Position numbers and translations under genes: made by a program. The notes under the pieces are model-generated. The model did no database searches. It had not been told where the DNA came from and saw only the letters and a program-made list of their open reading frames with translations. DNA of 64,000 bases from an uncultured Methanomicrobiales archaeon (GTDB taxonomy: Archaea; Halobacteriota; Methanomicrobia; Methanomicrobiales; Methanospirillaceae). Of the stretch, positions 49,224-58,215 are shown piece by piece (position 1 is the stretch's first letter; every line of letters starts with the position of its first letter). Location: NCBI GenBank assembly GCA_963758915.1, contig CAVWXH010000003.1, forward strand, positions 256,001 through 320,000, given 5' to 3'.

Positions 49224-51530
49224 TTACCGTCCCTCCCTGATACAATACATCATATATTCGCCTTTGATAATTTCAACCCCGTGCGTATCATGTTCGAAGC
49301 CGGGGAACTGCGTATCGAAGTCCTGCATGGATTTCAGGTACTGGAGCAGGGGCTCGTTTAGTTTCCCGGTCCGTTCCCCGGGGGCCAGGAGCGGGATACC
49401 AGGCGGGTACGGAACAATGCCGGTCGCCACAATCCGGTTACCCGCCTTTGAGACCGGGACCTGTTCCACATCCCCTCTAACAAGGTTCTTAAACGCATCG
49501 GCATAGCTGACGCCCGGTTCCGGGAGAATGGAGAATGCTTCCTGCAGCAGCTCACACATCCTGTGTTCCTTCTTGAATGTGTGCATCTCATCGGTCAGAC
49601 TGGTTAGGGTCATCCCCCCGTACCGATCCGGATAGGCACCCGTAAGATCGGGGAAAATCTCTTCTAACGGGGTTTTTTCATCATAATGACGTTTGAACTC
49701 GAAGAGCTCGGTGATCAGCGTCCCCCATTTACCCTTCGTGATACCCATCGAGAAGAGGAACAGGATAATGTAGTCACCTGATTTTTCGTTGACGATCCCC
49801 CTGGTATCAAGGAATTTGACTACCACCGCAGCCGGGATCCCCCATGTATCCAGGGACCCGTCATCATGTACCCCGGGCATCGTCACGGTAACCTTGATGG
49901 GATCGAGCATGCAGTAATCATCGGGTAGTCCCCCGAAACCATGCCATTTCTCACCAGGGTGCAATACCCAGGCAGACGGGTTGTCGCGCAGTACCTCAAT
50001 TGATGCATCCGCAAACGTGATTTTCTTTTTAGTTTTTGGATCGGTGACAGTATCGGGCTGCCATATCCCGAACCACCAGTCTTTGGATTTTTTACCCCCG
50101 CTGACTTCCTCATGGATCCGTGCCATGGTCCGCCGGAACCTGATTGCTTCTTCAATAGATTCCGTGGTGAGGACCCGCCCGGCCGCTCCGTCCATCATCT
50201 TTGTTGAGACATCCAGTGATGCCATGATGGTATACAGCGGTGAGGTGGAGCTGTGCATCATGAAACCTTCATTAAACCTGGAGTGCTCTATCGGGATCCT
50301 CCCGTTCCTGACATGGACCATGGACGCCTGAGAAAGAGCTGCCAGTAGTTTATGGGTCGACTGCGTAGCAAAGACGGTCGGTCCCTTCGGATTTTTCGCC
50401 CCATCCCGCATGGCGAACCGTTCACGGTAGAGCGGGTTGAACCTGGCATACCCGTACCAGGCCTCGTCGAAATGAATGCTGTCCACGCTCTTCCCAAGAA
50501 GTTCCTCAACCTGGGTTGCATGGTAGCAGAGACCGTCATAGGTTGAATTGGTGATAATCGCGTGAACCGGTTTTTTGTTCCCGATGCCTTTCGTCGTCGG
50601 GCATGCATCGATCTTCGATTTGATCATCCCGGGAGTCATCTCACCGGGGGGGATCGGCCCGATGATCCCGTAGCGGTTCCGGCTGGGTATCATGAAAACC
50701 GCAACAGAATGAGTCATCGTGAGGGCGTGCTCTGCTGACTTGTGACAGTTACGGTCGACCAGGACGACATCATCCTTTGTCACACGGCCAAAGAATACGA
50801 TCTTGTTGGCCGTGGAGGTACCGTTTGTCACGAAATAGGTCATATCAGCGCCGAAAACTTTCGCCGCATACCGCTCGGCCTCACCAAGCGGCCCCGAATG
50901 ATCAAGCAGGGACCCAAGTTCACCGACCGATATCGAGAGGTCTGACCTGAAGAGCTGTTCCCCGAAGAACTTGTAGAACATCCGTCCTGCAGGGGACTTG
51001 CGGAAAGCCGTACCTCCTGCATGCCCGGGTGTATGCCATGAGTACTCAAAATCCTTTGAGAACTTGACGAGTGCACCGAAAAAAGGGGGATAAAGGCTCT
51101 CCTTGTACCGGTTTGCCGCTGCAATAATGCGGCCCGCAATAAATTCCGGGGTATCGTCCATGATATAGATATACTCATTGACCTCCCTGATCGTATCGAC
51201 CGTCAGTGCACCTGGCGCCTCACCTGTGGGCTCTGCCATCAGGAAGATAGGAATATCTTCGTTACGCTGCCTGATCTCGTGGATCAGTTGCTTTGCATCG
51301 GCATTATGTTTCGATCCGGTACCCCCGAGAGTCCAGCTGATCATGATACAGTCGGCTTCCGGAAGGTTTGCATACGCCGACCTCGCATCCTCAAGCGACG
51401 CAATTGAAGCGACCAGGATATCGAACTCATGAAGTCCATCCACAATCCTTTTTATTGTACGGCCATGGGGCGTATCTTTACCGATAGCATCGTCCGCGAT
51501 GACGACGACAAGCTTTTCTTCAGGGTTCAT
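49224..51530 (-). CDS. Orn/Lys/Arg decarboxylase (AdiA/CadA-like, with wing domain)
   Basis: SWHTPGH.GG, VTNGTS, DRNCHKS, HFDEAW, PLP lysine STHKLL, LDPIK, PYPPGIP. Confidence 0.95.
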   Translation of the reverse strand: MNPEEKLVVVIADDAIGKDTPHGRTIKRIVDGLHEFDILVASIASLEDARSAYANLPEADCIMISWTLGGTGSKHNADAKQLIHEIRQRNEDIPIFLMAEPTGEAPGALTVDTIREVNEYIYIMDDTPEFIAGRIIAAANRYKESLYPPFFGALVKFSKDFEYSWHTPGHAGGTAFRKSPAGRMFYKFFGEQLFRSDLSISVGELGSLLDHSGPLGEAERYAAKVFGADMTYFVTNGTSTANKIVFFGRVTKDDVVLVDRNCHKSAEHALTMTHSVAVFMIPSRNRYGIIGPIPPGEMTPGMIKSKIDACPTTKGIGNKKPVHAIITNSTYDGLCYHATQVEELLGKSVDSIHFDEAWYGYARFNPLYRERFAMRDGAKNPKGPTVFATQSTHKLLAALSQASMVHVRNGRIPIEHSRFNEGFMMHSSTSPLYTIMASLDVSTKMMDGAAGRVLTTESIEEAIRFRRTMARIHEEVSGGKKSKDWWFGIWQPDTVTDPKTKKKITFADASIEVLRDNPSAWVLHPGEKWHGFGGLPDDYCMLDPIKVTVTMPGVHDDGSLDTWGIPAAVVVKFLDTRGIVNEKSGDYIILFLFSMGITKGKWGTLITELFEFKRHYDEKTPLEEIFPDLTGAYPDRYGGMTLTSLTDEMHTFKKEHRMCELLQEAFSILPEPGVSYADAFKNLVRGDVEQVPVSKAGNRIVATGIVPYPPGIPLLAPGERTGKLNEPLLQYLKSMQDFDTQFPGFEHDTHGVEIIKGEYMMYCIREGR

Positions 51531-52112
51531 TATTCTCTCCTGTGAAGAATTAAGTTCGTTATAACCAGCTTACGTCCGTTCATGGCATGAAAAACAGGTC
51601 CTTTTTCTTTCAATTTCTTTCCTCCAGACTAATATCAGACGACCCAGTCAGCTGCAACATGGTTGAATGTCCCTGGCAGTTGCGGGTACAGACACCTCAT
51701 ATGAATGAGCAGGAATGCCCCCCGGATGCGGACACCGTTAGCACGATTTCAAGGTACTACGCGTTGGACGTGTTGTATGATATTATTTAAATTTTATGGT
51801 TTTTCCAGCCCTCTTGAAACACACATGAAGGACAACCATAGTGGATGAAGACCGCTAATCCCGCAACCTGATTTACGAATGATCATAGTTGCAGACAGAA
51901 CCATTCCACTTCCAGGTGAACGGCATGAAACCATTCTCTATTGTGATTCTTTCGGTTTTCCCCGGGTCCGTGGGACCTGGGCAGCGATGGCAGCGCTCGT
52001 GAATGCCAGAGGTGCTATCCGGTGAGGCCATCCCCTGTCGATCTTCGTTGGTTTGGTACAAGCAGAATACATATGAACAACGAGGGACAATTGAGCTCCT
52101 GACAGTTTTCCC

Positions 52113-53009
52113 ATGGCAAAAAAACTCCCCCGTTACAGTCCCGGTACTTATTTCAGCATTGTTATCGTTGCAGGACTGTTAACCGCATTTGGCGGGTACA
52201 TGTACATGGAAGGGAGCAATGCGGAGGTTACCATTATTGAAAAAGAGGGGGCCCCTGACGCAGTGATTATCTTCATTGCAGACCCGCACCTTCGCATGAG
52301 TAACCTGGATTACACAAAGAACGTCATACGCAAAATCAATTCCCTCCACCCGTCCCTCGTCCTGATCGGGGGGGACTTCGCCTACCGGAACGAGGAAGAC
52401 TTTACCATCCAGGAGGTCTGGCGTGATATTGATGCCCCCGTATATGCCGTGCTCGGTAATCACGATTACCAGTCTGGGGACAATTCCCTTACACTCGTGA
52501 GGAAAATATCCGAGGAGGCGTCCATCAACAGCACTTCCGGCACATGGGACAGGGAGGTATTCGAAGATGGAGATGTAAATATTTCGTACGCAGATCACCT
52601 GGCAACGGCGCTCGGGGATAACGGCGTCCATGTATTACGAAACGAGTACCGGGAGCTTGATGTGAATGGCACGAAGGTCATGCTTGTAGGGATCGATGAC
52701 TGCTGGGCAGGTATGGCACATCCTCCGGCCGTTCCGGAAAATAAGGATTTTACTATTTACATGGTCCACGAGCCGAAATGCCGGGGTAACTGGAGTGCAG
52801 ACCTTATTCTTGCGGGTCACACGCATGGGGGCCAGTACATCCCTCCCGGCCTTGACAAGCTGGTTTCCGGTGGTGTACTGGAGATTGGAGGCAGGTTTGA
52901 CTCCGGACGGACAACGACATACATAACCAGGGGCCTTGGGACCTCCAACTTTGATGTCCAGCTCAGGGCATTTGCATCCCCGGAGATCGTTGTAATACAT
53001 GGGGTATGA
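52113..53009 (+). CDS. Metallophosphoesterase (YkuE-like), membrane-anchored
   Basis: DPH, GGD, GNHD, HEP, GHTHGGQ motifs. Confidence 0.92.
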   Translation: MAKKLPRYSPGTYFSIVIVAGLLTAFGGYMYMEGSNAEVTIIEKEGAPDAVIIFIADPHLRMSNLDYTKNVIRKINSLHPSLVLIGGDFAYRNEEDFTIQEVWRDIDAPVYAVLGNHDYQSGDNSLTLVRKISEEASINSTSGTWDREVFEDGDVNISYADHLATALGDNGVHVLRNEYRELDVNGTKVMLVGIDDCWAGMAHPPAVPENKDFTIYMVHEPKCRGNWSADLILAGHTHGGQYIPPGLDKLVSGGVLEIGGRFDSGRTTTYITRGLGTSNFDVQLRAFASPEIVVIHGV

Positions 53010-53440
53010 CCCGGTTCAACTCCCCGGCCGGGTATACAGACCGTACCGGAGATTCCCTGCCTGAATGGTATCCATACAGGATTCCAGGTCTCCGGAAACG
53101 GTGAATGGCCAGCCAAAAAAAACCGGGTCCCTGTTCATCATGATATACCAGGCCCGGGACCCCGGTCCTCACCTGAATTATTCATTCACCTCAATTTTTT
53201 TAAGGGTCGGCCATTGCCTGGGACCGGTCCGGCCAACCGGTATTTTTTTCTCATAGAATACCGGGAATCCTGCCCTTACAGGCAGACCATGGTATTACAT
53301 GCGGACTGTTATGGATTGATCACCTTTGAACGGCCCATTTCTCCCGTTTTCTGCCCCGTTTCAAAAAATGCATCAATTGGAATGGGGGATATATTTTGTT
53401 CCACGAAAAGTATATACCGTTTTGAATAGTCTTACTTCAC

Positions 53441-54181
53441 ATGGATGAGATTCAGCTAATTGCCCAGAAGCGGGCTTTTCCAAGCAGGGGAAGGGCCCGG
53501 ATTCATGAAGACGCCCTCAAGGAGCTCGAAATCGTTGAGGGTGCATCGATTGATATCGGTATATTGGACGCAGAAAAATGGATATCAGCGACTGCGTTTG
53601 CCGACTCCCTTCTTACATCAGGTCATATCCGCCTGAGCGAGGAGGACTTAACCGCACTTGGGGCGAGTGAAGGCTCCACGCTCCGGGTCCGGAAAACGCC
53701 CCCGATGGCCGACCAGATCAAGAGCAGTGTCAAAGGTGCCGGTGCGAGTGTGTCAGCAGGACTTGGTAAGGCAGGAGAATCGATCAAGGGTACATCAACT
53801 GAGTCAATCAAGGCAGGTGCTGCCGGAGCTGCTTCAAGTGTCAGCACCGGCCTTGGGAAAGCAGGGCATTCAGTCAGTGCTGCTTTCAGCAACGCGGTTG
53901 AGGCTGCAAAAAAGAAACTGAAACCTGCCGATTCAGCGACTCTTGACAAGGCACTGAAGGCAAACAATGGAGAGGTCCGTGCCGTCACGGTCGCTGCCGG
54001 TTCCGGTACCCGCACGATGTCCGGCATTGTACTCCCGAAAGGGGTCGTTATTGCAGCAGTACAACGTGGAGATGCAATCCAGACAACCGATCCATCCTTT
54101 CTCCTTATAGGTGGGGATATCATCTACCTCGTGGGAGATAGCAGTCTTCTCGATGAGGCCTCAAAGGTAATCGGAGGATAA
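53441..54181 (+). CDS. CDC48-N-like barrel + amphipathic repeats + TrkA-C domain protein
   Basis: Duplicated GRARI..L.I.EG / GHIRL..LG..EG units; SVSAGLGKAG/SVSTGLGKAG repeats; LPKGVVIAAVQRG..GD.IYLVG. Confidence 0.7.
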   Translation: MDEIQLIAQKRAFPSRGRARIHEDALKELEIVEGASIDIGILDAEKWISATAFADSLLTSGHIRLSEEDLTALGASEGSTLRVRKTPPMADQIKSSVKGAGASVSAGLGKAGESIKGTSTESIKAGAAGAASSVSTGLGKAGHSVSAAFSNAVEAAKKKLKPADSATLDKALKANNGEVRAVTVAAGSGTRTMSGIVLPKGVVIAAVQRGDAIQTTDPSFLLIGGDIIYLVGDSSLLDEASKVIGG

Positions 54182-54182
54182 T

Positions 54183-54569
54183 ATGGACTTGTATGCACCA
54201 CCAGACTGGTTCATCATCGCAATGTTCCTCCTGCTTGCGCTCCTCTTAATTCTCATCGTAGTCTGGGCCATTCGCAGGAGCCAGGGTCACGTCCGGAAAA
54301 TGGAGATAGAAGTAGAAAAACAGAAACTCGATCTCCTTGCAAAAGACCTGAACACGCAGGCGAAGGTGCACCCCTTTACCAAGCTCAGCACAGACCAGAT
54401 CCAGTCAATCCGCACTCTTGAGGATGAAAACGAACTCCTTGAACTGAATAACTACCACAAGGAGAAAATCGTCGAGGCGAGGCTCCGGAAGCTTGAAAAC
54501 CTGGTGCGGGAAGGAAAACTCGAGCGGATGATCCTGAAACTTGACCTCGAAGAAAAGAAGGTGAAATAA
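54183..54569 (+). CDS. Single-pass membrane protein with coiled-coil cytoplasmic domain
   Basis: TM ~10-31 followed by heptad-rich charged helix; GGAGG RBS. Confidence 0.75.
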   Translation: MDLYAPPDWFIIAMFLLLALLLILIVVWAIRRSQGHVRKMEIEVEKQKLDLLAKDLNTQAKVHPFTKLSTDQIQSIRTLEDENELLELNNYHKEKIVEARLRKLENLVREGKLERMILKLDLEEKKVK

Positions 54570-54874
54570 TGGCTGAATTTGCAGAAGGGACCACAGAAGA
54601 AAAACAGTCATTCTGGGGTAACATGCCTGACGTCCCGGGGTACCTTGACAAGAAACTGCCAACCATGGACAAGTCGCTGGACACGTACTTTGACAAGAAC
54701 ATGGAGGCAATCATCGAGGAATGGGGCCTCCTGGTTGAGAATGATATTCTTGATCTCGAACGACGTGTCAACAAGGTTACCGAGGAAATCGACCAGCTGT
54801 ATGACCACAAACATGTCATCAACGAACGGGTACTGAAGCTGGACGCCGTAATCTCGGACCTGGAGGGCAGGTAG
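54569..54874 (+). CDS. Coiled-coil protein, paralog 1 (YFD..EW motif)
   Basis: LDTYFDKNMEAIIEEWGLL then coiled coil; TAATG overlap. Confidence 0.8.
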   Translation: MAEFAEGTTEEKQSFWGNMPDVPGYLDKKLPTMDKSLDTYFDKNMEAIIEEWGLLVENDILDLERRVNKVTEEIDQLYDHKHVINERVLKLDAVISDLEGR

Positions 54875-55093
54875 ATGATAGACAAGTATATGAACAAGTA
54901 CCTGGATCGCCGGATGAAATACCTCGTCGAGGAATGGCAGATCGCTACAAAAAATGAGGTGGCAGATTTTTCAGCCAGATTAAATGCACTTTCTGCTGAA
55001 GCTGCGAAACTTGCCACCTTCGAGAAGAATGCGGAGGCAAAACTATCTGCCCTTGAAGCACGTGCAAAGAAACTGGAGGCGAAGAAGAAATGA
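54875..55093 (+). CDS. Coiled-coil protein, paralog 2 (YLD..EW motif)
   Basis: MNKYLDRRMKYLVEEWQIATKNE then coiled coil; abuts previous stop. Confidence 0.8.
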   Translation: MIDKYMNKYLDRRMKYLVEEWQIATKNEVADFSARLNALSAEAAKLATFEKNAEAKLSALEARAKKLEAKKK

Positions 55094-55431
55094 CACCGCT
55101 CGAAATTATCCTCACTATCCTGGTGATTGTCGCTATCATTGTTGCCATCTATTTCTTCTTCAGGGGCGCAAAGGGCAAGATCTCATTGACGCGACCGGTT
55201 GAGAGCCGGGTAGATGAATATCTTGACCGCAGGTTCGAATCGATGGTGACGGAATGGGCGCTCGTACGGACTCCTGCAGTCAACCGCTTCAAAGAACAGC
55301 ATGAGCCGGTGCTGAGTCAGAATGAAGCAAAAGTATCAGAATTACAGGGCTTTGAGAAGGAAATTAACAATTCCCTGTCAAGGATGGAGGAACGGCTTGA
55401 CGATCTGGAAAAAGAGCTCTCAAAGACCTGA
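55090..55431 (+). CDS. Membrane-anchored coiled-coil protein, paralog 3 (YLD..EW motif)
   Basis: N-terminal TM; VDEYLDRRFESMVTEWALV; ATGA overlap. Confidence 0.8.
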   Translation: MTPLEIILTILVIVAIIVAIYFFFRGAKGKISLTRPVESRVDEYLDRRFESMVTEWALVRTPAVNRFKEQHEPVLSQNEAKVSELQGFEKEINNSLSRMEERLDDLEKELSKT

Positions 55432-55696
55432 TACGTCCGGGCAGAAAGGGAAGAACAATATCTACCTTGAACTGAAAAAGGAGATAAAACCTCTTCGTGA
55501 ACAGGGGGAGTTCCCGACAAAAGTACCGGGGAGTTTCGGAAGGCATTATTGTGACCTCTGCAACTCCACATTTCCTGTTGAAGAGCTCCGCCAGTGCAGC
55601 CTTTGCGGGAGATGGGTGTGTAATTCCTGTTTTACCAACGAATACTACATCTGCAATTCCTGCAACGGGATTACAAAACTCTATATGACCAGATAA
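55397..55696 (+). CDS. Small 8-Cys zinc-finger protein
   Basis: CDLC, CSLC, CNSC, CNSC; TTG start 6 nt after GGAGG. Confidence 0.75.
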   Translation: MTIWKKSSQRPDTSGQKGKNNIYLELKKEIKPLREQGEFPTKVPGSFGRHYCDLCNSTFPVEELRQCSLCGRWVCNSCFTNEYYICNSCNGITKLYMTR

Positions 55697-56004
55697 CAGG
55701 GGTGGGCAGTGAAGGGTTTTTTTCCCTGTCTCTGCAATCCCCTGAATTTTTTCATCCACAAAGGATATCAGCAGGCTGCTTTTTTCAGAAGTGATCATGA
55801 GTAATCTGACAGGTCAGGGAATCATTAAGTATATCGGGCAGCGATATTTTCAACCAGGCCCTATAGAGATAAATTTAAGAATCGGCGGGGAACTGGAGAG
55901 GTCTTTTCCATCCAGTCCCGGGATCTATATGAGACCAGAACAGGTGAATTTCTTCATGCCGGGGAAAACACAACTGAACAGATACAAGGGAGAGAAGGTG
56001 TACC

Positions 56005-56373
56005 ATGATTGGTAATCTTTACGGGGACTACTACCGGTTCCGTAAGGACTGGAAACGTATCCGGATAACTGGCTGGATCAGGGTAATCCTCTCGGGCCTC
56101 CTCGGGGGTATCGGGATCGGACTTATACTGGCCCCGGTCCTTATGCTGTTGCTGCATTCCTGGACCGTGGAATTTGCACTATCCGTGGCTACCATGAACG
56201 TCCTTGTCGGTCTCATCCTGGCAGGGACAGGGAAATGGATCTTTGACAGCACAAAAGACCACCAGATAGTATCCTTTGTGTATTATGCCGGCACTTTGAT
56301 TTCCCTGGTACTATTCCTGATTGTTACGGCGGTGTTCTACCCCAGGTTCACCTATATTATCGCCACCGGATAA
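56005..56373 (+). CDS. Hypothetical 3-TM membrane protein
   Basis: 122 aa hydrophobic ORF, AGGTG RBS. Confidence 0.7.
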   Translation: MIGNLYGDYYRFRKDWKRIRITGWIRVILSGLLGGIGIGLILAPVLMLLLHSWTVEFALSVATMNVLVGLILAGTGKWIFDSTKDHQIVSFVYYAGTLISLVLFLIVTAVFYPRFTYIIATG

Positions 56374-56410
56374 AAGGAACCGGTTTGTGGTTGTCCAGGC
56401 CGGGAAAAGA

Positions 56411-57607
56411 TTATTTCATCCACGGGAACAGGCCTTTAAAAAAATCAACAATTTGTGAGATAACATCCTTTTTCTGCTGGGCGGCTGCAATGGCGTCCAC
56501 TTCTGCCATCTGCTGTTTTTTGTACTCAAGCCAGGCTTTTCCGGTAAGAGTTGGGGTAGGGGATTTTGTTTTACCCGTACTGACCTGGCCTGAAATCTCA
56601 TCCGGACCAGCAACCGGTGTTACCCTGGTTCCAGCCTGGTAATCATTGCCCGCAGAGCCGGATAATACGGCTCCCGACGGTTTATAGTCAGAGGATGAAC
56701 TTACGGTGATAAAGTCCACCTTTTTGACGATTTTTCCGGCACCCGATGAGTTGACCGTCAGGGTGACCGTATAGGTACCGGGCTCTTTATACGTATGAAC
56801 CGGGTTCTGGGAGGTTTCGGTTTTTATATCCCCGAAGTCCCATAACCAGGCAACGGGAGTCCCCACGGTGGTATCGGTGAAGACCACCGTCAGGGGGGCG
56901 GTTCCAGACCGTGGGGAACCATCGAAGGCTGCGAGAAGGTTAGAGGCGGATAGTTCAGTGGCAGTCGTCGTAGTGGTTGTTGCAGCCGTTGTTATCGCGG
57001 TTGTTGTTGCGGTTGTTGTAACTGCCGAGTCCACCATAATATAATTTTCCCGGGTAGCGGACAGACTGCCCGTACGGGTCGTGGCGGTCAGTCTGACGGT
57101 ATATGTCCCTGCATCTGAATAGGTATGGGACGGGCTCCTGGACGTATCTGATGTACCATCACCAAAATCCCAGTTCCACGAAGTCGGACCACCCGTAGAC
57201 ATGTCTGAGAACTGGACGTCAAGAGGTGCGGACCCGTCCGTCGGTTCAGCAATGAACGCTATGATTGGATTCACCTGCGATTGGGCAGCTGTTGTCATGA
57301 CAGTAGTTGTATGCGACGTCGCAGGTATGGTAGTCTGAGTCGTAGCTATGGCCGTTGTCGTCGAAGATGTCGCGTGGCTCGTTGTCTGGGTCGTTGAGGG
57401 AATCTGGGTTGTGACAGCAGTTGTAGCATGGGATGTTGTCTGGGTGGGCGATACTGTCTGGGTCGTGTTCGCAGCACCCACAGGGAACACCACGATTGCT
57501 GCGCAGACCAGAACAACGAACAATACAATCGTGACAGTCGGTAAAGAATTGTTAACTATAGCCTTATTCAAAATGTTCCACCCGGTATTGTTAGTTATAT
57601 AGCACAT
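56411..57607 (-). CDS. PKD-domain surface protein (2 PKD, Thr-rich linkers); start uncertain
   Basis: G.APL.V.F.D, W.WDFGD, P.HTY..GTYTV.LT twice; signal peptide. Confidence 0.9.
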   Translation of the reverse strand: MCYITNNTGWNILNKAIVNNSLPTVTIVLFVVLVCAAIVVFPVGAANTTQTVSPTQTTSHATTAVTTQIPSTTQTTSHATSSTTTAIATTQTTIPATSHTTTVMTTAAQSQVNPIIAFIAEPTDGSAPLDVQFSDMSTGGPTSWNWDFGDGTSDTSRSPSHTYSDAGTYTVRLTATTRTGSLSATRENYIMVDSAVTTTATTTAITTAATTTTTTATELSASNLLAAFDGSPRSGTAPLTVVFTDTTVGTPVAWLWDFGDIKTETSQNPVHTYKEPGTYTVTLTVNSSGAGKIVKKVDFITVSSSSDYKPSGAVLSGSAGNDYQAGTRVTPVAGPDEISGQVSTGKTKSPTPTLTGKAWLEYKKQQMAEVDAIAAAQQKKDVISQIVDFFKGLFPWMK

Positions 57608-58215
57608 TTTTCAATTTAAAAACTCCTGTTTGCGGGAAAATATTCAGAAAGATCACGTAAAATGAACCCGGAATTTATTTTTTCCGCATAGGAACCGGGA
57701 AAAAAATCCAAAAACAATGCCATGCGTGGGGATACCGCGAAAAGAATGAACCCCGGGGTAACAGAGGAATATCAACAGGTGAAAAAAACAGGATTGCAGA
57801 ATAGTCCCGCAGTGAGGGAGGGAGGGGGGAGGTCATTGGTGCTCCAGGCACCCGAAGGCCTTTCAGAGACCCGGCTGACAAAGCTTGACAGGGATGGGAC
57901 AGGCAGGGAGTGGAACTGCCTCCTTTCTGATAGGTCCTGGTAACGGGGGCATGAACTTGCTCTGATCTTCACAAGACTGACCTTAAAACGTAGTTTTCAC
58001 GGGTGTTTTTATGATACATCGTCTATCGGGTGTGCTATAAACCCTTTGTACCGTAGATGAATATGAAAAAGGCTGGAATTCAGATGTTGGCCTGGTGTTT
58101 TTCATACCAGCCAAGATCCTGTTTTTTTACGCCATCTGATGGCAGATCATCACAGAATTTATCATATCCGAATCACCATTCTCCTTTTAATATCACATGT
58201 TGGGAAGCAATCGCC

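Noticed and set aside
51531-52112. Long leader upstream of the decarboxylase as possible riboswitch
   Set aside because: No fluoride, c-di-AMP, lysine or guanidine consensus recognised
56960-57480. GTT/GTC-rich low-complexity repeats
   Set aside because: Explained by Thr-rich linkers of the PKD protein
57812-57833. G-rich run GGGAGGGAGGGGGGAGG (possible G-quadruplex)
   Set aside because: Single occurrence with no supporting context
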